64,000 nt of DNA from Eledone cirrhosa. Its lineage: Eukaryota. Shown here piece after piece: positions 41,823-56,909 of this stretch. The stretch lies in assembly GCA_964016885.1 (NCBI GenBank), contig OZ024743.1, forward strand, positions 9,052,001 to 9,116,000, in the 5' to 3' direction. The notes under the pieces are model-generated. The model saw nothing but the letters and a program-made list of their open reading frames with translations, did no database searches and was not told the origin of the DNA. Made by a program: the position numbers and the translations under genes. Every line of letters begins with the position of its first letter. Position 1 is the first letter of the stretch.

Positions 41823-43872
41823 TTACCAACTATAGACCTATCACATGTCTGCCCGTAATGTGGAAACTGTTGACGAGCATTGTGTCTGAGGAAATCTACC
41901 ATCACCTCCACACAAACAACTTGTTGCCGGACGAACAGAAAGGATGCCGAAAGAAGTCACGTGGTACAAAGGACCAGTTGCTTATTGATAAGATGGTAAT
42001 GGGGAATTGCAGGAGGAGACACACTGATCTTGCCATGGGATGGATAGACTACAGAAAGGCATTTGACATGGTGCCTCATTCCTGGATCACCAAAAGCCTG
42101 GAGATCTTCAGGGTGGCAGATAACATCAGACAGTTGCTGGGCAGGAGTATGGGGTCCTGGGAGACAGAGTTGACATCAACTGGAGTATCCTTGGGAAGCG
42201 TGAAGATCAAGAGAGGTATCTTCCAGGGAGATAGCCTGTCCCCTCTGTTGTTTGTCCTTGCCCTGATGCCCTTGACCATTATGCTGCGAAAAGTGAGAGC
42301 AGGATACAAGTTGGGAAGGGGAGAGCTTACCATCAATCACCTCCTCTTCATGGACGATCTTAAGCTCTTCGGGAAAAGTGAGAAGGAGTTGGATGTGCTT
42401 GTTGACACTGTCCGTATTTTCAGCAGTGATATATGTATGCAGTTTGGTATTGGTAAATGTGGAGTCATTGTGATGAGGAGGGGTAGGTTGAGCAGAAGTA
42501 ACGGGATCCAGATACCAACAGGTGAGATGATAAAGGAAATTGACTCTGAGGAAGGATACAAGTATTTGGGCGTTCTGGAGGCTGATGGCATAAAGAACAA
42601 AAAAATGAAGGAATTGTTAAGAACTGAATACATTCGGAGAGTAAGGAGCGTATTGAAGTCACATCTGAACAGCAGAAATGCCATAAGCGCAGTAAATTCC
42701 CGAGCTGTGTCTATTATTAGGTACAGTGCGGGAATCCTGAGATGGAATGTTGCTGAACAAAAAGAAATGGATAGGAAGACTAGGAAGCTATTGACTATCT
42801 ACAACATGTTCCACAAGAGGAGTGATGTCGATAGACTCTACCTAAGGAGATCTGAGGGTGGAAGAGGTCTTATCAGCATAGAGGACTGTGTTCAGATGGA
42901 GAAAAACAACCTATACAAATACGTGACCTATAGTAAGGAGCCAATGCTCAGAGCTGTACTGAAGGAGGGGACAGTAGGCCAGGGGATACCCAAGGAGGAA
43001 ATAACATCAAGGAGGAAGAGCAGCCTTAAGGGAAAATCCCTTCATAGTACCTTCTTTGAGAAAACTGAATTTAGAGATCCACAGACATGGAACTGGTTGA
43101 GAAGAGGAGACCTCAAAAAGGCTACAGAAGGAATGCTAATGGCTGCGCAGGAGCAGGCCCTCAAAACGAAGTGGTTGAAGCACCATATCTACAAGGAGGA
43201 GGCTAGCCCACTGTGCAGGATCTGTGGAGAGAGAGAGGAGACTGTGGCTCACATTGTGTCCGAGTGTAAACACCTAGCCCAGACCCACTATAAGGGCTGG
43301 AGACACGATGTGATGGGCAGGGTGATCCACTGGCACCTGTGCAAAGTAAACAATCTACCACATTCTGAGAAATGGTATGAGCATAGGCCAGAGGCGGTGA
43401 TGGAGAACAGTCAGGTGAAGGTGCTGTGGGATTTTAGGATACAGACGGACAAACAACTGGAACACAATAGACCTGACCTGGTGGTTGTGGACAAAGAAAA
43501 AAGATCGTGCCTGATTGTGGATGTGGCCTGCCCGTTCGACACGAGAGTGCAAGAGAAGGAGAGGGAGAAAATTAACCGATACCAGGACCTAAAGTGGGAG
43601 GTGAAAAGGATTTGGAACTGCCATGAAGTCAAAGTGATCCCGATTGTCATAGGCGCACTGGGGACTATCTCCAAAGGTTTCCAGGGATGGTTAAAGAAAA
43701 TCGGCCCCTTCACGCTTTTTGGAACGCTTCAAAAGGCATGCTTGCTTGGAACGGCAAGAACCCTCCGATACGTCCTGAATATCTGAGGCTGCAGGTAGTG
43801 GCTTGATATTCAATCCAACGGACTTTCCAGTTAACCAACATCAATGACTGAGATTCAAGGAATAACAATAAC

Positions 43873-43875
<3 letters not shown>
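41821..43875 (+). mobile_element. R4/Dong-clade non-LTR retrotransposon, 5'-truncated, inserted in (TAA)n
   Basis: (TAA)n at 41767-41820 and 43861-43914; short 3'UTR. Dong elements of the R4 clade are established (TAA)n-targeting REL retrotransposons. Confidence 0.93.
41822..43786 (+). CDS. Reverse transcriptase + CCHC zinc knuckle + restriction-like endonuclease (N-terminally truncated)
   Basis: The frame extends upstream of the ATG at 41858 as [14 protein letters not shown] motifs [51 protein letters not shown]; [18 protein letters not shown]; RHD; [16 protein letters not shown]. No stops. Confidence 0.95.
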
Positions 43876-43917
<42 letters not shown>

Positions 43918-44152
43918 ATTTATAGTTATGTATATACTATAAACACCTATAAACAGGAAAGGTCAGTAATTTCCTACTACCTTATTACCAGTAAGAGAAA
44001 TAGCTCAATGTAAGAACATCTGGTGTTTTACAGAGCAGGAAAAGAAATTGATGATGACTCCAAACGAAAGTTGTGTTCAAATCATTTAAGAGCTGACAAT
44101 CGTTTCTTCCAAACTTTCGTTTGAAACACCTGATGTTCTTACATTGAGCTAG

Positions 44153-44324
<172 letters not shown>

Positions 44325-44877
44325 TTAATACGAAGCATTGTGAGATATGCAATAAAAGGTCTATAAGTTTCAAAATGTCAGTACAATGCAGTAGAAATAT
44401 ATAAAGGGCAAAGGATGACAAATAAAACAAAACAAAGTAATGTTTTACCCAGTATATTTCAACATAATATTTCAGGGTTATCACCCCCTTTTCAAATCTG
44501 AAACAGAAACGGTTCAAAACAAAACAAATATATATCACCAGAAAATGCACACAGTTACATAAAACGAACAGCATCTTTACCTCATCAGCCACCTTACTGG
44601 TGTGCAATTTTGCCCCTAAAGATATGGAATTAGTAAGATACAAGATCTAGATATGGAACAACAGAAGGAAAATAAGTAAACTTTGTGTACTTGTTTTAAC
44701 GACACATAATACTACCTCGAAATCTAGAGATATGGAATTAGTAAGTATTTATTTCCTGGATATACCATTTCTCCAAATTCACCATCTCTTTCTCCACACC
44801 CCAACACTTATATAACAATCCATAAATCCATACAGCAGTAGGTAATCATAGTCTACGCACAGTCAATCAATCAAACA

Positions 44878-44969
<92 letters not shown>

Positions 44970-45017
44970 GCCTATTTAATTAACTATCTATGCCCTCCCA
45001 CACATTCTCTCTATCTC

Positions 45018-45135
<118 letters not shown>

Positions 45136-45350
45136 CATACATAGACATGTATTACAAGCAATCGATTTCACTGAATGTTAAGGACGAACGCATCTAAGCA
45201 ATGACACAAAGTGGAATTGATTTGTTCACCATTTCGGGGTATGTCATGGTTCTTGCACATGACTTCTGAATAGGAACTGAATTCACTTATGGCGTTCCTC
45301 ATGTCTTTCCTTATTTCTTCAAGGCAGCGTTCTTTTTCTCTTCCTCTCCT

Positions 45351-45448
<98 letters not shown>

Positions 45449-45535
45449 CACTCTATTTCTGATTCACTCACTCTACCTACCTACTTATCTATCTATCTGT
45501 CTATCTATCCATTAATCAATCAATCAATCAATCTC

Positions 45536-45596
<61 letters not shown>

Positions 45597-46099
45597 TTCT
45601 CTGTTATTTCTTCCTCCTTATTGAGGACGCCTTTTCATGTAAACTCCCCCATTGTACTTGTCCCACTTTTTGATGCCCTGGTGGCAAATAAAAAGAAAAT
45701 TATCTATTTCTCTATCTATCTATCTCTATAACTACCCCATCATATCTTAAGAAAGTTATATTAAATAATGTAGTTATAGATACACTACTTTAAAAGAAAA
45801 AGGAAAAAGGAAAAAGACCGGAGGGTTTCAAGACAGGATACATGGGATAATTCAGTCCTTGACATAGAGTCTGAGTAATAAGACAAATAATCAAACCTCG
45901 TACGCATTTGAGCATAGATCAGCTGGATCGGGACAGATGCATGTCTAACAACATATCGATCACTACTATCTTTCCGTTTGTGACAATGATTAACTTAGAA
46001 GTTATAGGATGACCCCTTCATCAACTCTTCGACCTCTCACTGATCCCCACACATGTACAAAATAAATAAGTAAATATATAATGTAATAAACACAATCCA

Positions 46100-46236
46100 T
46101 AAGCTCAGATGGTCTCGATTGTGGATCCAGTCGAATCAATTAGAGACGGTTGCTTCTGACAGGATCCGCTGGAAGGCGCGGTTGAGGATTCTGCCCCAAC
46201 GACCTCCCAGGAAGAAGAAGAAGAAGAAGAAGAAGA
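46100..46236 (+). mobile_element. 3' end of an RTE-like LINE with (GAA)n tail
   Basis: Translates ...LETVASDRIRWKARL... (the A-x-DR-xx-W motif of RTE ORF ends, from recall), followed by (GAA)n. Confidence 0.55.
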
Positions 46237-46390
46237 ATAATAAGAAGAAATAGTCAATAAGTATTAACCCCCCCCCCTCTCTCTCTCTATATATATATTC
46301 ATACATATATCCGTATCACAATTAACTGGCGAAACTCAAGAGTAACAAGACTCACTAGTTAGCCTTAATAAATATTAAATGAATATTAAA

Positions 46391-46442
46391 ACTCTACTTC
46401 GGCATTGAGTACTCTTTTCTCTCAGTCGTCAACCACATACGG

Positions 46443-46443
<1 letters not shown>
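46391..46443 (+). mobile_element. Isolated 3' end with the shared hairpin motif
   Basis: ACTCTACTTCGGCATTGAGTACTCTTTT, ~30 nt before a TA run. Confidence 0.55.
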
Positions 46444-46508
<65 letters not shown>

Positions 46509-46607
46509 GTGTGTGTGTGTGTGTGTGTGCATGTGTGTGTATATGTGTGCGTGTGTGTGCGCGTGTGTGCATGTATAAGCATGTGGTGTTTGTATTATTA
46601 TTGTGTT

Positions 46608-46955
46608 AGGGCAGTGAATTGTCAGTATCGGTAGAGGGTTGGACGCCATGCTTTCTAGCATAGTTACGTCCCTTTACAGTCTGAGTTCAAATCCCGCCGA
46701 GGTTAACTTTGCCTTTCATCCTTACGGAGTCGATAAAATAAAGTACCAGTAATGTACTGTATAATTGCTGCCTTGTGCCTAAAGTAGAAACAATTATTAT
46801 TGTGTTATTTGGTAGAGTCGTTGGTGTCTCTTACAACTCTTTACATTCTTAGTTCAAATCTCACCGACGTAAACTTTGCCTTTCATACTTTCGGAGTCGA
46901 TAAACTAAAGATATAATCGACCTTCCCTTTAATACAAATTGCTGGCCTTGTGCCA
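46608..46955 (+). mobile_element. Two tandem SINE family A copies (young 46608-46800, older 46808-46955)
   Basis: A/B boxes, core and (ATT) tail present twice. Confidence 0.85.
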
Positions 46956-48142
46956 ATATATTTTAATGTTTATACAACTGTCAGGTTTTGGCCCAAATGT
47001 TTGATGCCATCCAATCATGAGTAGTCTCATCGATTACTTGTTCTGAATAGATATAAAATGGGCGTTCTGTGGGCTGCTTCTAAATACTGGCTATTTTGAG
47101 ACACATATCATCATATCAGCCACTCCATATGCACACGCACATACTCACACAAACACGTGCGTTTGTTGGAAACAAGTAGACTAGTAGCAGAATGTATCTG
47201 GGAATATTCTCTAAGTTATCAGAGTATATCTCCAAAATTAAATCTGCAGCAATAACGAAAGAGCAAAATATACTTTGATAGACTGAATATTTTCATGCTG
47301 TGACAGGTGTGAAGAGAATCCGTTATATATATAAATTCACAACCGAAACGAATGATAATAACGAAAGTAAAACTACGTGTTGATAGGACAGTTAAAATAT
47401 GATTTATTAAAGTTAGCTTTTGATTTGTTGAGCAGGTGTGAACTGACAAACAGTAAACTATTAGATCTCCAAACATTCAGCGATCTTCAAATGATATATC
47501 GTCAGCAATATAGTTGATATGTTAGTTCAGATTTATAGCCATTTTATTTCCACATTTAAATAAAGAATCTAAGTCTTAGGTTTCAAAGTGGAACTATGTA
47601 CATGTCCCTTTTTATGGAAGATCTGTTCAAAGTGGGTTCTCGTTGTGTTCACTTTTCCCATGGGAGCTTATCATTACAATATTTGAGTAAGACACTTTAT
47701 TTCACGTTGCAGAAGAAAGGATTTGTACTTGTAATTCAAAGAGCTAGCCTTGTTACATACTGTGTCACGCTGAATTTCTTTGATAATTACGTTAAGAAAG
47801 CTCAGCTGCTTGTACGATAATTACGTGTAGAATGTTCAGCTGCGTGTACGTGAATTTTACGAGCAGGCTGTATCTTTGATCAAACAACTTAGAATTCATC
47901 GTCAAAACCGACGGAGGTCCGACATACATGCACATACACACCATTGATGTTGTAGGTATCTCTAATGGACAGTAATTGAGATAAAAACGTTGTTAATTAG
48001 GACAGTGTTACAGAATTAATAAGTATATCATTTTAGTAATGGCTGGCTTAGAATCTTGATATATTGGATATCTGATATGGAGCTACTTCCACGTGTCTAC
48101 AGAGTCAAACTAACACTCCGCAGAACCATAGTTAGATATAAG

Positions 48143-48200
<58 letters not shown>

Positions 48201-48292
48201 TAGGAGAGAGTAAAAAATAAACGCTCGTGTTTTGTATATAGCAATTTTTATCCGTATTTGCATTTATTATATAAATGTGTGTATGCACGGAG

Positions 48293-48352
<60 letters not shown>

Positions 48353-49653
48353 GGATGGAGAGGAAATGAGAAAGGAGGAAAGTAGAAGTGCAAGGTGCTT
48401 TATAAGTATCATTCCTTTTGAATGTCTGTTTAGATATACTTCCCTACTTTCAAGCATTTTGCTATTATATATATCTGTATATGTATGTATGCTGATATAT
48501 ATGTATGTTTATGCACATATGCACACATATATGAATATGAAAGTTGAGCTTTCTCCAATAAGAATTGAGAATGTATTATGTTTACATTAGTTACAATCGG
48601 CTAAACTCTACATTAACAGTGGAAACATCTGTGTAAATGCCAAAATGACGGATATTAAAGAATCTATCCATCTAATATATAGGCTGGAAAATACTAGACC
48701 TGTTAATAGTTGTTTTTAATCTTCACCACCGCAGATCGTTCTGGCAACATAATGGAATTAGTTGGGAGTAATTTTGATTTTGATGCATTTCTCGGAGTGT
48801 ACGATTTTCTAGTTTGTTTCATTCTTTACTAGCATTTGGAAAATGTATTTCAGTTATTTATGGTTAAATAGATTTCTTGAGGGAAAAATCTCAAACGAAA
48901 TGACTACCGCAATGGCTTGCGAGTCACAACTTTGCCAATGTGTTTTTATACGTATTTCTTTCCATTTTTATTTTCAATAAAAAAAAAAAAATATTGAAAA
49001 GCCCAATAGATATTATTCACACTTGAATAATTTACTACAAATAAACACTTCATACAGATTTGGATATATTGTAGTTCTCGGATATTAATAAGATTACAAA
49101 ATTTAAAAAGAAACATCACCGCTCACTTATCCTCGTCTTTGAATGAAAGTGAAAGAAATCGAGTAGTTCAATTGAATTGGTGTAACATCTCTTGAACTAT
49201 TTCCCTGTAGGATACTATAATGGGGCGACTCTGTTTGAAAATATTGATAATATAATCTTTATATGAATATAGGAAGACGATAACATTTGTAAGATAGATA
49301 GGAGCTCCGAAATCACAGAATACAGGTTATGGGAAGCTGTACGTTTCATGTATTTCCCAAAGGTATTGCCTACCTTAATAAAATGCTTTCAACTCAAAAC
49401 CGAAACAGACGCGTGGACATGATTATTCAGTACCTAAACTCTATGTAGATTATGTACAGTCAGCAAAGACAGCATATAACACACTGGGTATCGAGAAGTA
49501 AGGTGATTCTGTAAAACACACACACACACACACAAAACAAACAAAAAACAAACAAACAAAACAAACATCAATAAGATTTCTTGACAAATGGGATTCGAAC
49601 TTAGCACATCAATCTAAGAAAACAGTGATAATTATACATTATTTCTGTGGCAT

Positions 49654-49769
49654 TTCTGAGTTCAAATCCCGCCGAGGTTAACTTTGCCTTTCATCCTTAC
49701 GGGGTAGATAAAATAAAATACCAGTAATGCACTGGGATAATAGCTGGCCTTGTACCAAAAGTAGAAACA
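49654..49769 (+). mobile_element. 5'-truncated SINE family A with a 16-bp TSD
   Basis: TSD ATTATTTCTGTGGCAT at 49638-49653 and 49770-49785. Confidence 0.9.
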
Positions 49770-49920
49770 ATTATTTCTGTGGCATACATTGGTAAGCTGC
49801 AACCCATCCAGTGTACCTGTTGTAACTAGATAAGCAAGCATTCTCTCACTAGGGTCATTTACACAGGAGGTATATTCTTTGTTTACTACTTATACCAATC
49901 TTCATTATTAAAACACACAA

Positions 49921-50135
49921 GGGCGGTAGATTAGCTGTATCGGTAGAGCGTCGGACACCCTGCTTCGCAGCAGAGTTACGGCCCTTTACGTTCTGAGTTC
50001 AAATCTCACTGAGGTTAGCTTTGTCTCTCATCCTTACGGGGTCGATAAAATAAAGCACTAGTTAGTATTGAAGTCGATTTAATCGACTTTCCCCTACCCC
50101 AAATTACTGGCATTGTGCCTAATATAGAAATCATT
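49921..50135 (+). mobile_element. SINE family A (long-tail variant)
   Basis: GGGCGGTAGATTAGC...GAGTTCAAATC...CCTTACGGGGTCGATAAAATAAAG. Confidence 0.85.
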
Positions 50136-50433
50136 GAAACATACAAGATTTACCAGAAAACAACAACACAAACAAAACGAAACACAGAGAATCCTAAATA
50201 AATAAACTAACATGTAGTTTATAATATAATGATTATTAAAGCAGCAGAAACGGCAGGATGCCGGGATAAATGGCTTCAAATATTTAGGTGTGTAGAGAGG
50301 CATAACAAGGTGGTGCTGGCGTGAGGGGGAAGTCACCACTGGGCACATGTACGAAGAGCGCAGACAATTTTCTCTGGTCCATCATGCCTTTTAATTTAAG
50401 CTGAGTGCCAAATTTTTCTGTCTCACGCTTCCC

Positions 50434-50608
50434 GAGACCTGCCAAACACTAACAATCCAATCGGGAGCGTACCATGAAAAAGAGTATCCCCAAACGGGGA
50501 GAAATGAGGCCAAATGGGGAGATTTTATATAATGAAAGCTACACCCATTTTCACAAGAGAAAACATTTCTCACCCACCCCTGTTTGACGGGGAGAGTTGA
50601 CAGGTCTG
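50434..50608 (-). mobile_element. MITE family M6, copy 3
   Basis: GAGACCTGCCAA...GTTGACAGGTCTG; perfect 6-bp TSD CTTCCC (50428-50433 / 50609-50614). Confidence 0.8.
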
Positions 50609-51018
50609 CTTCCCCTCTTCCGAGCGCTGAGAGCTCGTACTAGGTCACTGATTTGGTACATTATTATTCTGAGTTTAAGGCAACTCGCCTTGCATATCTT
50701 ACTCAATAAAGTAAGAAAATAAGTACTATTAATATTTGAGGGCACTTTTAGCATTTGGCCCTTTGCCTATTCGAAAGAATCTAATTAGAAATTAAATAGA
50801 AACTACTAGAAAGTAATTAAAATACTCAACAATTAAAAGTATAATATTAAACCAAACATATAAGAACCTAGCTGCGTGTTGAAGGTATTCGCTTCGTAAC
50901 TAGGGGCCTCCAGGTTCAACGCCACTGCGTGGCACCTTGGGTAGGTATCTTCTACTATAGACTCAAGGTGATTAATGTCTTGTGAGTGGAATTTGCAGAA
51001 GCCCATTGCATACACACA

Positions 51019-51162
<144 letters not shown>

Positions 51163-52214
51163 CACACGCACGCACACACGCACACGCACACACACATGCA
51201 TGTTTTTGAGTCCATGTCTAAATTTATGTTTGCATCTGTGTTTATATCACGTAGCCTAATGGTTCGACCAAAAGAGATTGATTAACTAAGTACTGGCGTC
51301 GATATAACCGACCAAAATTCATTTAAGACGGTGCTCCAGCATGGCGACAGTCTAATGATCGAAACCAGTAAAAGAATTAAAGAAAAACCTACTTGATAGA
51401 GTAAATATCTCACAATATATTGGGCCATTGTTAGGAGGGCCAACACTAAACATTTTATTTTCATGTGTTTAAGTGGAGATAAACTGGGCAACTTTCTTAA
51501 TACATACTCAACGATAAAATTTTAGAATATCTACTGAAAGCTAAATAAACACTCATAAATACTACCTGAAGCTAGGACATGAGAATTAATTGTCTTCTCT
51601 TGTTCTGGGGCACACACACATTCCCTATCGACAGGCGCAGCATTAAACCTCACATTTTTCAGGTTATTATAAAACTATTGATTTCCTTTGCTTCTCGAGT
51701 TGAGGAGGTTAGAGATGTATAAACGGTTTCAGAAAAATACTGGTAATTACTTTATTGACAACTGTGGAAAACATGAAGGAAAGTGGTGGTGAAGTTCGAT
51801 ATGTTTATCGAAGTGAGTTTTAAACCATGAAATAGCAAATAAGATACCGTAAAGTAGCTAGTCTAGCTCTTAAGTCTGTGCACCGACCCGATCAACTAGT
51901 TTTGAGGGGGTACGAGATATTGAATCATATTTGATGTTCCTTCAGTACACAACTGTACAGATTACTTACGCAGTTTAATATTTGCTTTCATAAAGGGAGT
52001 GTAAGGCGTTTTAATTTAGAAAGATAATCTATACAGTAAATCTCTTTGGTTTTTAGTTTAGAACTATATTTTACAGTTCAGTTGTTTTTCATCAGTTTAA
52101 TATCCGGTAATATTATATTAACATTATTGCAAAGTTTACCACTGACACAGAAAAGTAGAAACTAGATTCCAATCTAGATTTCTCAAATCTATATTCATAA
52201 TGCCCTAGTGTGTT

Positions 52215-52294
<80 letters not shown>

Positions 52295-54023
52295 TATATA
52301 TGTATATATAGATGGTTGCATACATACATATGTACATATGTACATCCATCCATCCATACATACATACACATATCTATATTAATGATGGGTACATTAAACT
52401 TTCGTTATCAACAGTATATCGCTTGCCAACTGTTTTCATACACCCAAATACGTATACACACACACACTTATGCACATACACTCACATAGATACGCGCGCG
52501 CGCGCACACACACACACACACACACGCCCACATAAACACGCATTCACACATATACACACACACTATTTTTTTTTGAATGCGAAAGCGTTAAATAATTTAT
52601 AATTGTTAATGTTGATGGTGTCGGGAACCCAATGTCTGTTTATCTTATCCAATCATGATTTGGTTTCGTTGTTTCTGCAACGGTTAATTTCCTTTTGTCT
52701 TTTACGTTATACGCTTGAAGGGAATTGTTTTATGTGGAGTTTTCTAACAAATTTTATAATTGTTTTTATTTTTATTTTCGAGAAGTTGTGGCGGGAGCTC
52801 GCTGTTGGGTAGGTGGTGGACATTCATCATTTACGCTTGATATATTTTGTTTCTGAGGCCAGCTAACTGATCTGTACTATGTAGTAATTTCCATAGTATT
52901 GAATAAGTAGATGTGAATGCCCTGGAAAGTGTTCGCCTCATCTATACGCGGCAGTAATTGGTAGGAAAATTAGAGCGTCGGATGAAATGCCTCCGTATCT
53001 GATGCATCTCTGGATGTTCTGAGTTCAAATCCACTTGAGGTCAACTTTGTCTTTCATGCTTTCGGGGTCAATAAATAAAGTGCCAGTCCAGAGGCTGTTG
53101 ATTGGTGGAGTTGTTTAAGGGCCGCATGTGGTTCTTTGTGGCATTCATTTCGGCTCTATGAGTTCACATCTGGCCTTCTGTTACCGTAAAAGTGGTGACA
53201 CTTCTGTCAGAGGTTTGTGTTCTTCGTCTGATTTGACGATTGGTTCCATCACCATTAGTGTAATAAGGGTAGTTGAGTGACAGAAACCGTAACATGCAAA
53301 AATATATACTCTGGAATATTTTGCAGTATCTGATTCGGTTCTGTGTGTTCTGAGTTTAAATCGTATCCCTTTCTTTCAGGTGTTGCAACCAATAGATAAT
53401 ATCAGCTCTTTTCTTTTTTCCCCGCTGGAAAAACAGTATACTTTAATACAGCTTTGTTGGCAAAGAAGCTGTCAAAGATTAAAGTTGATGGGTTGAATAT
53501 AATTATTCCTATCAAATACTAGGTTATCCCATTTTCTTTAGTAGAGTTGCTCGTTTTATGGTTTTAAAAGTCTTTCTTTCTATGAAAGAGGAACATCGAA
53601 GTAGATCCACAGAACAAATGCTTTAAAGACATTAACACCAACATATCATTTCAGCACTGAAATATCTAGTTACAATCCATTCGGTGGGTTTCCATAGAGA
53701 TTTTACCTACACAATTTAACTCAGAAGGCTTCACTGTAGGATCGAACCCATGGCCTCATGACTGTAAAGCGAACTTCTTAACCTCTCATCCATACGTCAA
53801 CGCTACTCATTTTATCTAACTTTGAGGTCGGTGGATTGGAAGTATTACGAGGTCGATAAAATAAAGTATCAGCAATGTACTGGGGCCAATTGGATAGACT
53901 TTCCACTCCCCAAAATTGTTGGCCTTGTGCCTAAATCAGAAACCATTATTCATACTTTGAAATTCGAAATAAAATATCTGGTCTCACAGCTTAAATATCA
54001 ACCGTAATAACACTATATGTATG

Positions 54024-54077
<54 letters not shown>

Positions 54078-54114
54078 TATATACATACATATATATAAAT
54101 ATATATATATATAC

Positions 54115-54189
<75 letters not shown>

Positions 54190-54204
54190 CATATATATAT
54201 ATAT

Positions 54205-54700
54205 ACCCTATCCGTTTGCAGCTCTTTAAAATTTACACATACAAACATGCACACATATACACACATACACACAATGCATTTTGTATGTAAGTCATGTTGT
54301 TACAATAACAAGTTTATTCTCCAAACACAAGGTCTAACGCTACGTTTGTCCCTGTAAATAGTTATTTCTCCAAAGTAACTTATATATTTAACTCTCTTAT
54401 TTGTACATATATGGTGAACATTTATGTAATTATACTCAGGAAATAAATTATTAAAATATCATTCTTATCTTTAATAATTACCGCATGTCAGTAATCAACA
54501 TAAACTATAGGGATTCTCTTAAGCAAACAATGAATTTATCGAAATGCAAATTTCCTAGTTTCATGATTGTTCATATATCCGGTCATCCTGGTATATTTGG
54601 CAGACCTATCTTCCACTCTCCAAAATACGTTCAAAATTATTGCCGTCATTATTAACTACATGGGTCTACTTATTATGATATAATAATATCCAAACTGCTC
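54205..54700. repeat. Diverged paralog of segment ~10465-11150
   Basis: Colinear blocks e.g. CTCTTTAAAAT.TACAC, TAGTTATTTCTCCAAA, GTAATCAACATAAACT.TAGGG.TTCTCTT, ATCCTGGTATAT. Confidence 0.8.
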
Positions 54701-54995
54701 TCCTTACACTAGTCTGAACTTATCTATATCAACTGACAACTGGAAACAACGTCGAACATATATATCTATAAGTATAATGGCCATGAAAACAGATAGAAGA
54801 TTTAATATTTGGATATATTATTGATTTACAGAAGTCTGTTCAGCTGGTTACATAAAGTCAACATTCAATAAATACTGCAACATACAAAAGATGAATTATA
54901 AAGAAACCCATTGCTTCGCAACTGACTGAACTATACCAAATATGTAGATGTCTCTTGCGGATATGTATGTAAGCATGTGTGTGTATCTATGTACG

Positions 54996-55078
<83 letters not shown>

Positions 55079-55756
55079 TAAAATAACAGATTAAAGTTTA
55101 ACCTTAGCGTATATAATATATATGTATATACACACACACTTGCAGACATGTATATATAAATAATGTAGGATGGAATAACTATGTCGTTCTGGAGGAGGAT
55201 AGAATTTTTAAATTGAATGAAGAGAACTTATCGACACTTCTTACGCATGCGCACCCAAATATACGCATAATTACAGTTAGGATTATGTGTGTAAATATAT
55301 ATGTCGATTGATCCATTGATTGTTCTGAATCATTTGTTAGTTCTTATGATGCAGAAATCCAGCTAGTTCGCTATTTGCAAACAAGCTCCAAATTGGATTT
55401 AAGCACACAAGTATGATATATATTTTTTGGTGCACATGTTTTTACGTAATCTAACCAGCAAAGTACACATTTACTTTTTGTAATATATAAATATAACACA
55501 CCCATCCACATACATCCACACATATAAACACACACACAAACACAGACAGAGACACACACGCACATACACACATACACACACACACACATATACACACATA
55601 CATACACACTGGCACAGACACACATATACTGACACAGACACACACGCATGCGATTCGATCAATGAACGGCCGCCTCACGAACTAATGTGTAAGCTGTTGT
55701 GTATTCCATTGACACATGTTTGCTTCACGTAATTCTAAGGCTCAATCAGCGTTCAT

Positions 55757-55908
55757 AGATGGGTGGCTCAGGATCTATGTAAATGCTATAGACCCGACTC
55801 TAGCCCGATCTGCTCATCAGACTTGTTAATCATGCAAAGTCAAAGTCTCTGATGAGCAGCTCAACCTGAAGCCGGGTCTATAACTTTTACATAGAACCTG
55901 AGCCTCCT
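55757..55908. mobile_element. Older fold-back element with degenerate hammerhead cores
   Basis: Imperfect IR; CTGATGAGC on + (55849-) and on - (55820-55812), each followed by GAAGCC/GAGTC-GGGTC-TATA. Confidence 0.6.
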
Positions 55909-55922
55909 ATTAAGGAACGATC

Positions 55923-56130
55923 GACTTTCGTCAAATCGGACCGAGGAAACAATGTTTCCATTGGTCTTTCCAATTGCTAATACTATCTATCGGTCGCAAC
56001 TCCAGGTAGAAGGAGCAACGTGAAATGAAGTGTCTTGCTCAAGGACAAAACGCATCGCCCGGTCCGGGAATCGAACTCACAACCTCACGATTGCGAATCC
56101 GATTCTATAACCACTCAACCAAACGTCTCC
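55923..56130 (-). mobile_element. tRNA-derived SINE (head with GTCCTTGAGCAAG), copy 2
   Basis: Minus strand A-box TGGTTGAGTGG, B-box GAGTTCGATTCC, then GTCCTTGAGCAAGACACTT. Confidence 0.8.
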
Positions 56131-56189
56131 ACTATACGTAACTAGAAAATACTTTACTGATTTTAATCATTGAACTACAGGCTCTATGT

Positions 56190-56256
56190 CCCCATAAAAT
56201 GTATACATACTTTAACAGCATTCTAATGAAAGTATGTATACATTTTTGGGGACATC
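56190..56256. mobile_element. Short palindromic mariner-type MITE remnant
   Basis: GTCCCCATAAAATGTATACATACTTT ... AAAGTATGTATACATTTTTGGGGAC; related end at 4161-4210 (TACAGGATGTCCCCCAAAAATATATACAC). Confidence 0.55.
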
Positions 56257-56909
56257 AGTAAAGTATTTTCTTTTTTAATTACCGTTAGATCTTATCTGTA
56301 AGACACAATAGTTACACGTATTGGTGGCTCAGGATCTATTGGGACATCCTGTATACACACACACACACACACATATATATATATTCATATATTCATATAT
56401 ATTCATATATGTATCTATATGTATGTATATATATGTATATATATAAATGAAGACATTTGTCCAAGTTACCATGTAGTGGTGGTATTGAAACCGGTGCAGT
56501 GTCAAGTCCCTATGAAACAAACTTCCTTCCTATCCACTCAGGCATGCTTACACCTAGCTATAGTGAATATGCAAGGAAATCTATTTTTTAATAAATTTAT
56601 TTACGTAAACCAAATATATATTAGCATTGATAATATAATGTTTTACTTGAAGTTATATAATTGGACATATATGTAGACTTAGAAGCAATATCGATAGACT
56701 GCAGTCGTTTTTCATTGTTCACGTTACTATTCATTATCACTCTTATGTCTTTTCTGTTTGATCGGCTTGAATCGTTTGCCGAACAGATATTGAATCCATT
56801 CTGCACCAGTAGCCAGGCTGTCTACTCATTGATCGACTAGTACTGGCGGCTTGTTCACCAAAAAAACGAGAAACGTCTCAAGTCTGAACGGCAGTGCAGC
56901 AGCATGCCA

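Noticed and set aside
44049-44085. TTGATGA...CGAAAG as a hammerhead
   Set aside because: Core mismatch and no stable stems.
56040-56130. tRNA gene (also the A/B-box heads at 10728, 46608 and others)
   Set aside because: Continues into SINE body sequence and lacks a proper acceptor stem; these are SINE heads.
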